Below, one piece after another: positions 1 to 8,100 of a stretch of DNA of 24,000 nt (positions are counted from its first letter, which is position 1; every line of letters begins with the position of its first letter). Source of the stretch: Frankiaceae bacterium (GTDB taxonomy: Bacteria; Actinomycetota; Actinomycetes; Frankiales; Frankiaceae); the NCBI GenBank assembly GCA_036272075.1, contig DATAZK010000080.1, positions 1 to 24,000 of the forward strand, written 5' to 3'. Under the pieces are notes generated by a model. The model saw only the letters and a program-made list of their open reading frames with translations, did no database searches and was not told where the DNA came from. Both the position numbers and the translations under genes were made by a program.

Positions 1-698
1 GTCCAGGGCAGCGGCGAGTACGCACCCATGCCGCCCGTGTTGGGTCCGGCGTCGCCGTCCAGCGCCCGTTTGAAGTCTTGCGCCGGCGAGAGCGGGACGA
101 CCGTGCCGCCCGGACCGATGACGCAGAACAGCGACACCTCCGGACCATCGAGAAACTCCTCGATCACCACCCGGTCTTCGGGACGCGAGAGTGCGGCTCG
201 TACGGCGGCCGCCGCGCCATCGCGGTCGGAGGTCACGGTGACCCCCTTGCCGCCCGCGAGCCCGTCGTACTTCACGACGTAGGGCGGCCCGAACTCGTCC
301 AGATCCGCCAGCGCTGTAGGGATTTCGTGGTGGTCACGCCCTCGGGCAGTAGGCACGCCTGCCGCCGTCATGACGGCCTTGGCGAAGGCCTTGCTTCCCT
401 CCAGCCTGGCGGCGGCGGCGGTCGGTCCAAAAGCCGTGAGCCCGCGCTCGGTCAACGCGTCCACGACGCCGTCGACGAGTGGCGCTTCCGGTCCGATGAC
501 GGTGAGATCGGCACCCAGTCGCTGGGCCACATCGGCGACAGCGACGGGATCACCGACGTCGACCGGATGTGTCTCCGCGATCTCGGCCGTGCCGGGATTG
601 CCTGGCGCGCAAACCAGAGCATCGACGTGGGGATCGCGGGCAAGGGCGGCGCACAGTGCCGACTCCCGGCCGCCCGAGCCGACCACGAGGACCTTCAT
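1..698 (-). CDS. purD: Phosphoribosylamine--glycine ligase (GAR synthetase), N-terminal ~232 aa; 3' end lies beyond the left edge
   Basis: Absent from the ORF track because it runs off the window. Reverse translation from the ATG at 698-696 reads MKVLVVGSGGRESALCAALARDPHVDALVCAPGNPGTAEIAE...LEGSKAFAKAVM...PYVVKYDGLAGGKGVTV...GPNTGGMGAYSPLPW, the classic PurD ATP-grasp signature. It sits on the same strand as purA, 29 nt downstream of the purA stop. Confidence 0.9.
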   Translation of the reverse strand, partial: MKVLVVGSGGRESALCAALARDPHVDALVCAPGNPGTAEIAETHPVDVGDPVAVADVAQRLGADLTVIGPEAPLVDGVVDALTERGLTAFGPTAAAARLEGSKAFAKAVMTAAGVPTARGRDHHEIPTALADLDEFGPPYVVKYDGLAGGKGVTVTSDRDGAAAAVRAALSRPEDRVVIEEFLDGPEVSLFCVIGPGGTVVPLSPAQDFKRALDGDAGPNTGGMGAYSPLPW

Positions 699-727
699 CG
701 CGCGCCGATCGTCCTGATCAGCATGGA

Positions 728-2029
<1,302 letters not shown>

Positions 2030-2072
2030 TCATCGCGAGTTGGTGCGGTGGATCGGGTCGTAGGCTGCTGAC

Positions 2073-2546
2073 GTGGCAGCGTTGCCGGGTTTTTCGCGGG
2101 CGGTCGGGATGATCACCGCTCCCGCACGAGCTCTCCTCGAGGTCCCGCGCACCCTGCTCGATCTCAACCGCTCGATCCTGTCACTGATCGATGCCGTCAC
2201 GATCGCCCGCGAGACGCTGACCAGCGCATCTGAGGTTGCCGCCCGGATGGAACGCGTGGCCGAGGAGCTCGAGGAGCCGCTCCTGGCGCTGCGTCCCGGC
2301 ATCGAGCGGCTGGCAAGGGTGCTGGACGACGAGGCGGTCGACACCCTTCCCGACACGCTCCGCAAGATCAACGAGGACGTGCTGCCGTTGCTCAGCGGGC
2401 TGCGCGAGACGCAGAGCCGGGTGAATGCGGTCGCCAGCATCATGCCCGGGGCGGCGTCGTTGCTTTTCGCGCGCCGCGGTCGCCCCCCGGGCGGCGACGG
2501 GTCGACTGTCGACCTGGTCGTCGAGCCCGAAGACGACGACGAATAG
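2073..2546 (+). CDS. Conserved hypothetical protein, predicted helical with acidic C-terminal tail (VVEPEDDDE)
   Basis: 157-aa ORF with strong GC3 bias in this frame. The overlapping 196-aa minus-strand ORF is Ser/Arg-rich junk. Divergent from purA. The start is uncertain: GTG at 2073 or ATG at 2109 (MITAPARALLEV...). No recognisable catalytic motif. Confidence 0.6.
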   Translation: MAALPGFSRAVGMITAPARALLEVPRTLLDLNRSILSLIDAVTIARETLTSASEVAARMERVAEELEEPLLALRPGIERLARVLDDEAVDTLPDTLRKINEDVLPLLSGLRETQSRVNAVASIMPGAASLLFARRGRPPGGDGSTVDLVVEPEDDDE

Positions 2547-2552
2547 CTCAGC

Positions 2553-3134
2553 TCAGGGAGCGACGGTGAGGTCGACCGTGCCCAGCAAGGTGCGCTGATC
2601 GGGGCATCCCTCAGGGTCATTGCAGACAGGTGCCGACATGACCTCGATGACCGCGTGACCGGCGCTGTCGGCGCGTAGCTGAGGTTGCTGGCCGGCGAGC
2701 GTCAGCGCCTCCACCACCGGTACCTGGCCGGACGGCTGCTCCAGGACGGTGGAGTACGTCCGTCCGCTGGGCAGCCGGAATTCCAGGTACTCGCCGACGC
2801 GAATGCTGGCGGCGGCGGCCTGAGCGCGGGACACCGTGGTGATGACGTGACTCGGCGGCGCCGGCAGCGGTGCGGGCTCGGACGGGGCTCCGGAGCGGCG
2901 CGCGAAGACGATCGTCGCGATCGCTGCCAGGCTCACGAGGATGAGGAACGTCAACGTCCGTCGCGCGTTCGGCGGCGCCGCGGGTGCAGCCGGTGCCGCC
3001 GGTGCCGCCGCCGGCAGGGCGACCAAGACGGCGGTCCTGGTTCTGACGCGCTCTCCGCCGGAAAACCAGCTTTCGCCTGCGGGCAAAGGCCGCAGTGTGT
3101 GGCCGTGCCAGGTCGAACTCGGCGAATCAGCCAT
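2553..3134 (-). CDS. Single-pass membrane-anchored protein of unknown function, with a Pro/Ala-rich segment before the TM helix
   Basis: The ORF track gives 2553..3161 (GTG). I prefer the ATG at 3134, which overlaps the upstream DUF3151 stop in the string ATGGCTGA (8-nt overlap, suggesting translational coupling). It has one hydrophobic helix (LTFLILVSLAAIATIVFA) followed by a ~110-aa C-terminal domain with two Cys (APVCNDPEGCPD). GC3 is good. Confidence 0.6.
   Translation of the reverse strand: MADSPSSTWHGHTLRPLPAGESWFSGGERVRTRTAVLVALPAAAPAAPAAPAAPPNARRTLTFLILVSLAAIATIVFARRSGAPSEPAPLPAPPSHVITTVSRAQAAAASIRVGEYLEFRLPSGRTYSTVLEQPSGQVPVVEALTLAGQQPQLRADSAGHAVIEVMSAPVCNDPEGCPDQRTLLGTVDLTVAP
2974..3009. 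repeat. In-frame 9-bp tandem repeat (4 units; the last 3 near-perfect: ggtgcagcc ggtgccgcc ggtgccgcc)
   Basis: Read directly from the sequence. On the minus strand it encodes AAPAAPAAPAAPP, just N-terminal of the TM helix of the 2553..3134 gene. Confidence 0.8.
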
Positions 3135-3591
3135 CGGAGCTCGCAGCCGAACTCCAGTCACCCGCGATCGGGGCGCTGGGGTCGGCGTCGGTCAGTAGCG
3201 CACGGCAGCGTTGCGCCTCGGCCTGCTCGCCGATGGCTGACGCGGCCCGCCCCAAGGCGGCCACCGAGTCGAGGAAGCCGCGGTTGGGCTCGTGTGACCA
3301 GGGCACCGGACCAGCGCCCTTCCAGCCGGCGCGGCGCAGCGCATCCAGGCCGCGGTGGTAACCGACCCGGGCATACGCGTAGGACTCCACCCAGCTCCCG
3401 GCGTCACCCGCCCGCCGCGCCAGTGCGGCCCAGGCGAAGCTCGACGCCGGGAAGTCGGCGGCCACCAAAGCCGGGTCGCGTCCTTCAGCCAACTGCTGCA
3501 CAGGGACCGGATCGGCCGGAAGCTGCGTCGGTGCAGGACCCAGCAGGTTGCTGTGCCCAGAATGCCCAGAATGTCCGCTCGGTGATGTCAC
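3127..3591 (-). CDS. DUF3151 domain-containing protein
   Basis: 154-aa ORF with a GTG start. The core ...FAWAALARRAGDAGSWVESYAYARVGYHRGLDALRRAGWKGAGPVPWSHEPNRGFL... matches the actinobacterial DUF3151 family, which typically sits near fba. The N-terminus carries an (SGH)x3 repeat. Confidence 0.85.
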   Translation of the reverse strand: MTSPSGHSGHSGHSNLLGPAPTQLPADPVPVQQLAEGRDPALVAADFPASSFAWAALARRAGDAGSWVESYAYARVGYHRGLDALRRAGWKGAGPVPWSHEPNRGFLDSVAALGRAASAIGEQAEAQRCRALLTDADPSAPIAGDWSSAASSDG

Positions 3592-3666
3592 CGGACCATC
3601 GTCACCCTTGACCCCGGTCGGCGACCAGTTCTTGTGGGCTTGTTGACGAACGAAGTGTCAGCGGAC

Positions 3667-4017
3667 CTAGAGGCCGAGGCTGGAGGAGCAGCCTGGCCAT
3701 GGAGCCCAGCCGCGCATGCGCCAAAGCTTGGCGACCGCCTCGTCCTGCACCCACGGGGCCGCCTGACTCGGCAGCCCGCCGAAGCCGAGCGAGGCCCACG
3801 TTCCGGCGTCGAACTGGTAGGCGCCGTAGTACCCGTTGCCGGTGGCGATGGCGTAGTTGCCTCCCGACTCGCACATGCGGAGCCGGTAGAGGTCACTCGC
3901 GGAGGGGCTCGGCGCAGCGGACGGCGTACAAGCCGAAGCCACAGCGGCAAGCGCGAGGGAAGCCGTGGCGGCGGCAAAGACGGAACGGGTACGCGAACGC
4001 AGACGTGCCTGAGGCAA
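3667..4017 (-). CDS. Rpf-type transglycosylase-like domain protein (resuscitation-promoting factor family), secreted, possibly a lipoprotein
   Basis: 116-aa ORF with a TTG start. The Rpf domain runs MCESGGNYAIATGNGYYGAYQFDAGTWASLG...GWAPWPGCSSSLGL (catalytic CES-Glu and both conserved Cys). The N-terminal signal ends ...LAAVASAC, a weak lipobox. A c-di-AMP riboswitch lies immediately 5' of the gene. Confidence 0.85.
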   Translation of the reverse strand: MPQARLRSRTRSVFAAATASLALAAVASACTPSAAPSPSASDLYRLRMCESGGNYAIATGNGYYGAYQFDAGTWASLGFGGLPSQAAPWVQDEAVAKLWRMRGWAPWPGCSSSLGL

Positions 4018-4033
4018 CGAGGAGACCTTTCCC

Positions 4034-4225
4034 CACGCCTGCGAGGTGAGCTGTCGGGTTCGGACCGGGTATAGCCCGGCCGGTCAGCTCGCGCGCTGAC
4101 CGGCTTCACCCCTAGATCGCGATCACCGTGAGGTGGGACGCGACCGGAAGACCGTGGGTCCCCCGCACCTGCCCGGTTCGTTCGTCTGGGACCTGGCCCC
4201 GGGGCAGGATTCGGCGGTCGGGGTC
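4034..4225 (-). promoter_or_regulatory. ydaO/yuaA-type c-di-AMP riboswitch (copy 1), in the 5' leader of the Rpf-like gene 3667..4017
   Basis: The minus-strand RNA contains the hallmark ydaO blocks: CGCCGAAUCCUGCCC...GGGCAGGUGCGGGGGACCCA...GGGGUGAAG...CCGAACCCGACAGCUCACCUCGCAGGCG. The P1-like 5' CGCC pairs with the 3' GGCG. Internal hairpins ccggtcagc/gctgaccgg and ccggg/cccgg occupy the variable positions. Boundaries are accurate to about +/-10 nt. Confidence 0.85.
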
Positions 4226-4423
4226 GGCGGCTCGCCACTCACGAGTTGGGGGGAGCCTTCTACTTCGGCCCGAAAAGCCCAACGAGTTGTGGCGTGTATC
4301 ACGCGTGTCGGCGCGTCAAGCCCGGGCCATTCCATCCGTAACGCAGTCATTCTGTTGGGTTCGCAGCGGCGAGCCTGAGCTCGTCACTGTGTCATGCGAC
4401 GACTGCGGACCGTGAGAAACGAA

Positions 4424-4454
4424 ATCCGCCGGCCCCTGAATGGGACCGGCGGAT
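4424..4454 (-). terminator. Candidate intrinsic terminator downstream of the Rpf-like gene 4480..5166
   Basis: On the minus strand: aTCCGCCGGtCCCa-ttca-GGGgCCGGCGGAt, a GC-rich stem of about 12 bp, followed by ttcgtttctc (U-rich). It lies 25 nt after the TAG stop. Confidence 0.5.
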
Positions 4455-4479
4455 CTCGGTGAACAGAAGCGGACGGGCG

Positions 4480-5166
4480 CTACTTCTTTGCCGTCGTCTT
4501 GGCGACCTTGGCCGTGACGGACTTCCACGTCTCGGTGCCCACCACCCCGTCGACGTGCTTGAGGTGATGCATCTTCTGGTACTCGAGCGTCGCCAGAGCA
4601 GTCAGCGGACCGTAGGAGCCATCCACCTTCAGCTTGGAGTGCAGCTTCTTGTTGAGGTTCGACTGAAGGAGCTCGACGTCCCAACGCACCTGGCTGGCGT
4701 TGTCCAGGCTGAACGAGCCGAACACCACCGGGACCTCGACCGGGGCGATGGCCGTGCGGCTGAAGTCGCGGCTCGCGGGGGCGTAGTTGGTGTAGGTCGG
4801 CTGCGTGTACGTGGGCGTGTAGCTCGGTGCCGGCGTGTAGGAACCGCCGCCCGCGCCGCAGACGGGCCACTGGCCGAATCCGCTGCGGGCTGCGAGCTGT
4901 GCAGCAGCCGCGTCCTGGGTGGCCGCCGAGGCGTCGCTCGGGACGCCCGAGTACCCGAGCGAGTTCCAGGTGCCCTGGGTGAACTGGTAGGCGCCGTAGT
5001 ACCCGTTGCCGGTGTTGGTGGAGTAATTGCCGCCGGACTCGCACTGACGAATGTTGCTGAAGACGTCAGCGCTCGCTGGGGCGGCGGCAAAAACGAGACC
5101 CACCCCGGCACCGGCGGCCGTGAGGGCCGCGAGCACGGAGGTACGGCGCAGGCTTGAACGAGCCAT
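4480..5166 (-). CDS. Secreted Rpf-type transglycosylase-like protein with a Tyr/Thr/Pro-rich linker and a C-terminal peptidoglycan-binding (PG_binding_1-like) domain
   Basis: 228-aa ORF with an ATG preceded by GGAGGA. Sec signal ...AAAPASA|DV. Rpf domain QCESGGNYSTNTGNGYYGAYQFTQGTWNSLG...GQWPVCGAGG. Linker SYTPAPSYTPTYTQPTYTNYAP. C-terminus LQSNLNKKL...VDGSYGPLTALATLEYQKMHHLKHVDGVVGTETW, the PG-binding repeat pattern. Confidence 0.9.
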   Translation of the reverse strand: MARSSLRRTSVLAALTAAGAGVGLVFAAAPASADVFSNIRQCESGGNYSTNTGNGYYGAYQFTQGTWNSLGYSGVPSDASAATQDAAAAQLAARSGFGQWPVCGAGGGSYTPAPSYTPTYTQPTYTNYAPASRDFSRTAIAPVEVPVVFGSFSLDNASQVRWDVELLQSNLNKKLHSKLKVDGSYGPLTALATLEYQKMHHLKHVDGVVGTETWKSVTAKVAKTTAKK

Positions 5167-5178
5167 TTATGATCCTCC

Positions 5179-5350
5179 GACGCCGGCGAGGTGAGCTGTC
5201 GGGTTCGGACGGGAGTTCGCCCGGTCGCATGCTGCGACTTCACCCCGAGGGCACGCCGTGTGGCGTGTCCACTACCTGGGTCCCCCGCTCCTGCCACACA
5301 ACGATCGCGGTCCGCACAGCCCGACGGCAGGATTTGGCGTATTCGGGAGG
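5179..5350 (-). promoter_or_regulatory. ydaO/yuaA-type c-di-AMP riboswitch (copy 2), in the 5' leader of the Rpf-like gene 4480..5166
   Basis: The minus-strand RNA reads ACGCCAAAUCCUGCC...GGCAGGAGCGGGGGACCCA...GGGGUGAAG...CCGAACCCGACAGCUCACCUCGCCGGCGU, then cGGAGGAucauaaAUG. It shares a 25-nt identical block with copy 1 (5186-5210 = 4041-4065) plus the tgggtcccccgc block (5277-5288 = 4156-4167). The variable hairpins differ in sequence but still pair (gtcgc/gcgac, cggg/cccg, cacgcc/ggcgtg). Confidence 0.88.
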
Positions 5351-5379
5351 CGAGCACCCACTGGAGGGGTGCGGTGGCT

Positions 5380-5410
5380 ACCCTACTCGCAACATGTGGG
5401 GTGCTTGCAA
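5380..5410 (-). promoter_or_regulatory. Candidate sigma-70-type promoter for the riboswitch-2 / Rpf transcript
   Basis: Minus strand: TTGCAA (5410-5405), a 19-nt spacer, then TAGGGT (5385-5380). It lies about 30 nt upstream of the aptamer 5' end. The spacer is long and there is no experimental support. Confidence 0.3.
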
Positions 5411-5472
5411 CTAGCTAGCAGCACTTGTTCGCCGGATATGACGGACCTCTCAGCACGTCCGGCGTCGGCGTG

Positions 5473-6495
5473 TCAGCGTGCCTTCTGCCCGGCGGAGCGA
5501 AGGTCCTGGCAGGCCTCGAGAACCCGAGCCGCCATGCCCGTCTCTGCCGACTTACCCCATGACCGCGGGTCGTAGAACTTCTTGTTGCCGACCTCGCCGT
5601 CGACCTTCAGCACGGCGTCGTAATTGCGGAGCATGTGGTCGGCCACGGGGCGCGTGTACGCGTATTGGGTGTCGGTGTCGACGTTCATCTTCACGACCCC
5701 GTAGTCGAGCGCCTCGCGGATCTCCTCCGGCGCCGAGCCCGAGCCTCCGTGGAAGACCAGGTCGAACGGACGGTCTTTGCCGACCTGGGCGCCCACCGCG
5801 TCCTGGATCTCCTTGAGGATCTTGGGACGGAGCTTGACGTTTCCGGGCTTGTAGACGCCGTGCACATTGCCGAAGGTGGCGGCCAGCATGTAGCGGCCGT
5901 TCTCGCCGACACCGAGCGCTTCGGCGGTGCGCAGCGCGTCCTCGGGCGTCGTGTAGAGCTTGTCGTTGATCTCGCCGACGACGCCGTCCTCCTCGCCGCC
6001 GACCACGCCGATCTCGAGCTCCATGATGATCTGCGCCTTGACGCAGGAGGCCAGGATCTCCTCGGCGATCTGCAGGTTCTCCGTCAGCGGTACCGCACTG
6101 CCGTCCCACATGTGGCTCTGGAAGAGCGGCGGCCGGCCCTCGGCGACCCGCTGCTGGCTGATCGCGATGAGCGGGCGGATGTAGGTGTCGAGCTTGTTCT
6201 TCGGGCAGTGGTCGGTGTGCAGGGCGATGGTGACCGGATACGAGTTCGCGGCGTAGTGCGCGAACTCGGCAAGCGCCTGCGCTCCGGCGACCATGTCCTT
6301 GATGGTCGTTCCGGACAGGAACTCGGCGCCGCCGGTCGACACCTGGACGATGCCGTCGCTTTCGGCCTCCGCGAAACCGCGCAGGGCGGCGTGCAGCGTC
6401 TGGCTACTCGTGACGTTGATGGCCGGGTAGGCGAAGCGGCCTTCCTTCGCGCGATCGAGCATGTCGGCGTAGGACTCGGGGGTGGCGATCGGCAT
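5473..6495 (-). CDS. fbaA: Class II fructose-bisphosphate aldolase
   Basis: 340-aa ORF reading MPIATPESYADMLDRAKEGRFAYPAINVTSSQTLHAALRGFAEAESDGIVQVSTGGAEF...HTDHCPK...FGNVHGVYKPGNVKL...LVFHGGSGS, which are canonical class II FBA motifs. GAGGA lies 9 nt upstream of the ATG. Confidence 0.97.
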   Translation of the reverse strand: MPIATPESYADMLDRAKEGRFAYPAINVTSSQTLHAALRGFAEAESDGIVQVSTGGAEFLSGTTIKDMVAGAQALAEFAHYAANSYPVTIALHTDHCPKNKLDTYIRPLIAISQQRVAEGRPPLFQSHMWDGSAVPLTENLQIAEEILASCVKAQIIMELEIGVVGGEEDGVVGEINDKLYTTPEDALRTAEALGVGENGRYMLAATFGNVHGVYKPGNVKLRPKILKEIQDAVGAQVGKDRPFDLVFHGGSGSAPEEIREALDYGVVKMNVDTDTQYAYTRPVADHMLRNYDAVLKVDGEVGNKKFYDPRSWGKSAETGMAARVLEACQDLRSAGQKAR

Positions 6496-6604
6496 GGCGG
6501 CATTCCTCTGTGGCGAAGGCTAGAAGATCTTGCCATTCGAAGTCTGCCAGGATGCCGCTTTGCTCAGTAGGTACTTAGGTCATCTCGTGGGTGATTTGAG
6601 ACGC

Positions 6605-8005
6605 TCAGCGACGTTCCGAAACGAGGCCCTTTGTCACGGCGTCGTGGAGCTTGCGGGCCGCGATCACCACGGGATCAAGCGTGGGCGAGTAGGGCGGCGC
6701 GTATGAAAGGTCGGCGGAGTAGAAGTCCAGCGCCGTCATCCCCGCCCAGATCGCAGTGGCCAGGATGTCGATGCGTTTGGCTGAGCCCTCATGGCCGACG
6801 ATCTGGCCGCCGAGCAGCCTGCCGGTGCCGCGTTCGGCGATCAGCTTGACGCGGATCTCCTCGGCTCCGGGGTAGTAGCCGGCCCGGGTCGTGGATTCGA
6901 CGCTCACGCTGACGATCGCGAAGCCGGCCTCCGTCGCCTCTTGGGTCGAAAGCCCCGTGCGGGCCACCTCGGTACGGCCGACCTTGGTCGCCGCAGTGCC
7001 CAGGACACCGGGGAACGCTGCGTAGGCGCCGCCGATGTTGTCGCCGGCGACCCGGCCCTGCTTGTTGGCGTGGGTGCCGAGCGCGACGTTGATCGGGCGG
7101 CCCGAGAGCACGTGGCGCGATTCGACGCAGTCGCCGGCGGCCCAGACCCCCGGGGTGCACGTACGCATCTGCCGATCGACGACGATGGCGCCGGTCGGGC
7201 CGAGGGTGATCCCGGCGTTCTGGGCAATCGCGACGTTGGGTCGCACACCGAGAGCCAAGATCACCAACTCGGCGGCGAGCTCGCGGCCGGAGGCGGTGCG
7301 CACCGCGCGTACCCGTCCGGCGTCGTCGGGGAGGATCTCGCCGAGGCCGTCGCTCAGGATCAGTCCGAGGCCGCTGTCTCGGATGCCGGCGCCGACGTGC
7401 TCGCTCATGTCGGGATCGAGGGTCGACATCGGCGCGGCGGCGTGGTCGAGCAAGGTCACGGAAAGGCCCCGAGCCATCAGCGACTCAGCCGTCTCCAAGC
7501 CGACGTACCCGGCTCCGACGACGACCACGTCGGTGACTCGCCCGGTGTCGATCTCGGCGCGTACGCGCTCTCCGTCTCCCAGGCTGTGGACCTCGAAGAC
7601 CCCCGCGCTCTCGACGCCCGCAACATGAGGTAGCACCGGCACCGAACCGGTCGCGATGACGAGGTCGTCGTACTGCTCTGAGTACTGCCCTCCGGTATCC
7701 AGTTGCGTGACTTGGACTCTCCGGGCTCCGGTGTCGATGGCGTCGACGAGCGTGCGGGTGCGGACCTCGATCTGCTGCTGCTCGCGAAAGACCTCAGGGG
7801 TACGCGCGATCAGCGCCTCCCGGTCGGTGACCAGCCCACCGATCCAGTACGGGATTCCGCACGCCGAGTACGACGTGTCGGGTCCCCGCTCGAAAGCGAT
7901 GATCTCGAGCAGCTCAGGCCCTTTACCCCGACGTGCTTGAGACGCCGCGGACATGCCGGCCGCGTCGCCGCCGATCACCACCAGCCGACTGCGGCCTGCA
8001 CCCAT
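6605..8005 (-). CDS. FAD-dependent pyridine nucleotide-disulfide oxidoreductase, single-cysteine CoA-disulfide reductase / NADH oxidase family
   Basis: 466-aa ORF. FAD fold VVIGGDAAGMSAA. Redox motif SYSACGIPYW with Cys49 (codon 7861-7859), compare the CoADR/Nox SFxxCGxPY. NAD(P) fold VVVVGAGYVGLETAE. AAGDC near the C-terminal FAD site. Confidence 0.88.
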   Translation of the reverse strand: MGAGRSRLVVIGGDAAGMSAASQARRGKGPELLEIIAFERGPDTSYSACGIPYWIGGLVTDREALIARTPEVFREQQQIEVRTRTLVDAIDTGARRVQVTQLDTGGQYSEQYDDLVIATGSVPVLPHVAGVESAGVFEVHSLGDGERVRAEIDTGRVTDVVVVGAGYVGLETAESLMARGLSVTLLDHAAAPMSTLDPDMSEHVGAGIRDSGLGLILSDGLGEILPDDAGRVRAVRTASGRELAAELVILALGVRPNVAIAQNAGITLGPTGAIVVDRQMRTCTPGVWAAGDCVESRHVLSGRPINVALGTHANKQGRVAGDNIGGAYAAFPGVLGTAATKVGRTEVARTGLSTQEATEAGFAIVSVSVESTTRAGYYPGAEEIRVKLIAERGTGRLLGGQIVGHEGSAKRIDILATAIWAGMTALDFYSADLSYAPPYSPTLDPVVIAARKLHDAVTKGLVSERR

Positions 8006-8100
8006 TCCCGCAACCTAACTCGGCAATGCCGGCAAACCGGTGCGGCGGATCACCCGCGTGGGACAACGGTTCACACAGGGTCCGCACCTAGGCTGGCGGC

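Noticed and set aside
2974-3009. Short tandem repeats considered as a possible CRISPR or other repeat array
   Set aside because: The units are 9 bp, contiguous with no spacers, in-frame and inside a coding region. It is a simple coding microsatellite, not a CRISPR array.
2685-3611. 308-aa plus-strand ORF, extremely Arg/Pro/Ser-rich
   Set aside because: It overlaps the membrane-protein and DUF3151 genes on the opposite strand. It is low-complexity basic sequence with no domain signature, so it is a shadow ORF.
3588-4238. 216-aa minus-strand ORF, plus the ORFs at 3634..4074 and 3699..4049, spanning the first Rpf gene and its leader
   Set aside because: They are off-frame relative to the clear Rpf domain and run straight through the riboswitch aptamer. 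They are Arg/Pro-rich low-complexity sequence. The region is better explained by the Rpf CDS plus a structured RNA.
4290-4325. Possible promoter for the first Rpf/riboswitch unit (minus strand: CTTGAC - 16 nt - TACACG)
   Set aside because: The -35 is good but the -10 lacks the conserved final T, and the spacing alternatives are poor. The upstream terminator hairpin may be leaky, so read-through from the upstream Rpf gene cannot be excluded.
4316-5357. Two 242-aa minus-strand ORFs (4316..5044 and 4629..5357) and a 232-aa plus-strand ORF over the second Rpf gene
   Set aside because: They are alternative frames or the antisense of the 228-aa Rpf/PG-binding protein, which has a signal peptide, an SD and domain motifs. 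The 4629..5357 ORF would also read through the riboswitch.
5401-5424. Imperfect hairpin gtgctTgc-aactagcta-gcagcac downstream of fbaA, as a possible fbaA terminator
   Set aside because: It has only about 7 bp with a bulge and no U-tract, and it overlaps the candidate -35 (TTGCAA) of the next transcription unit. That is too weak to call.
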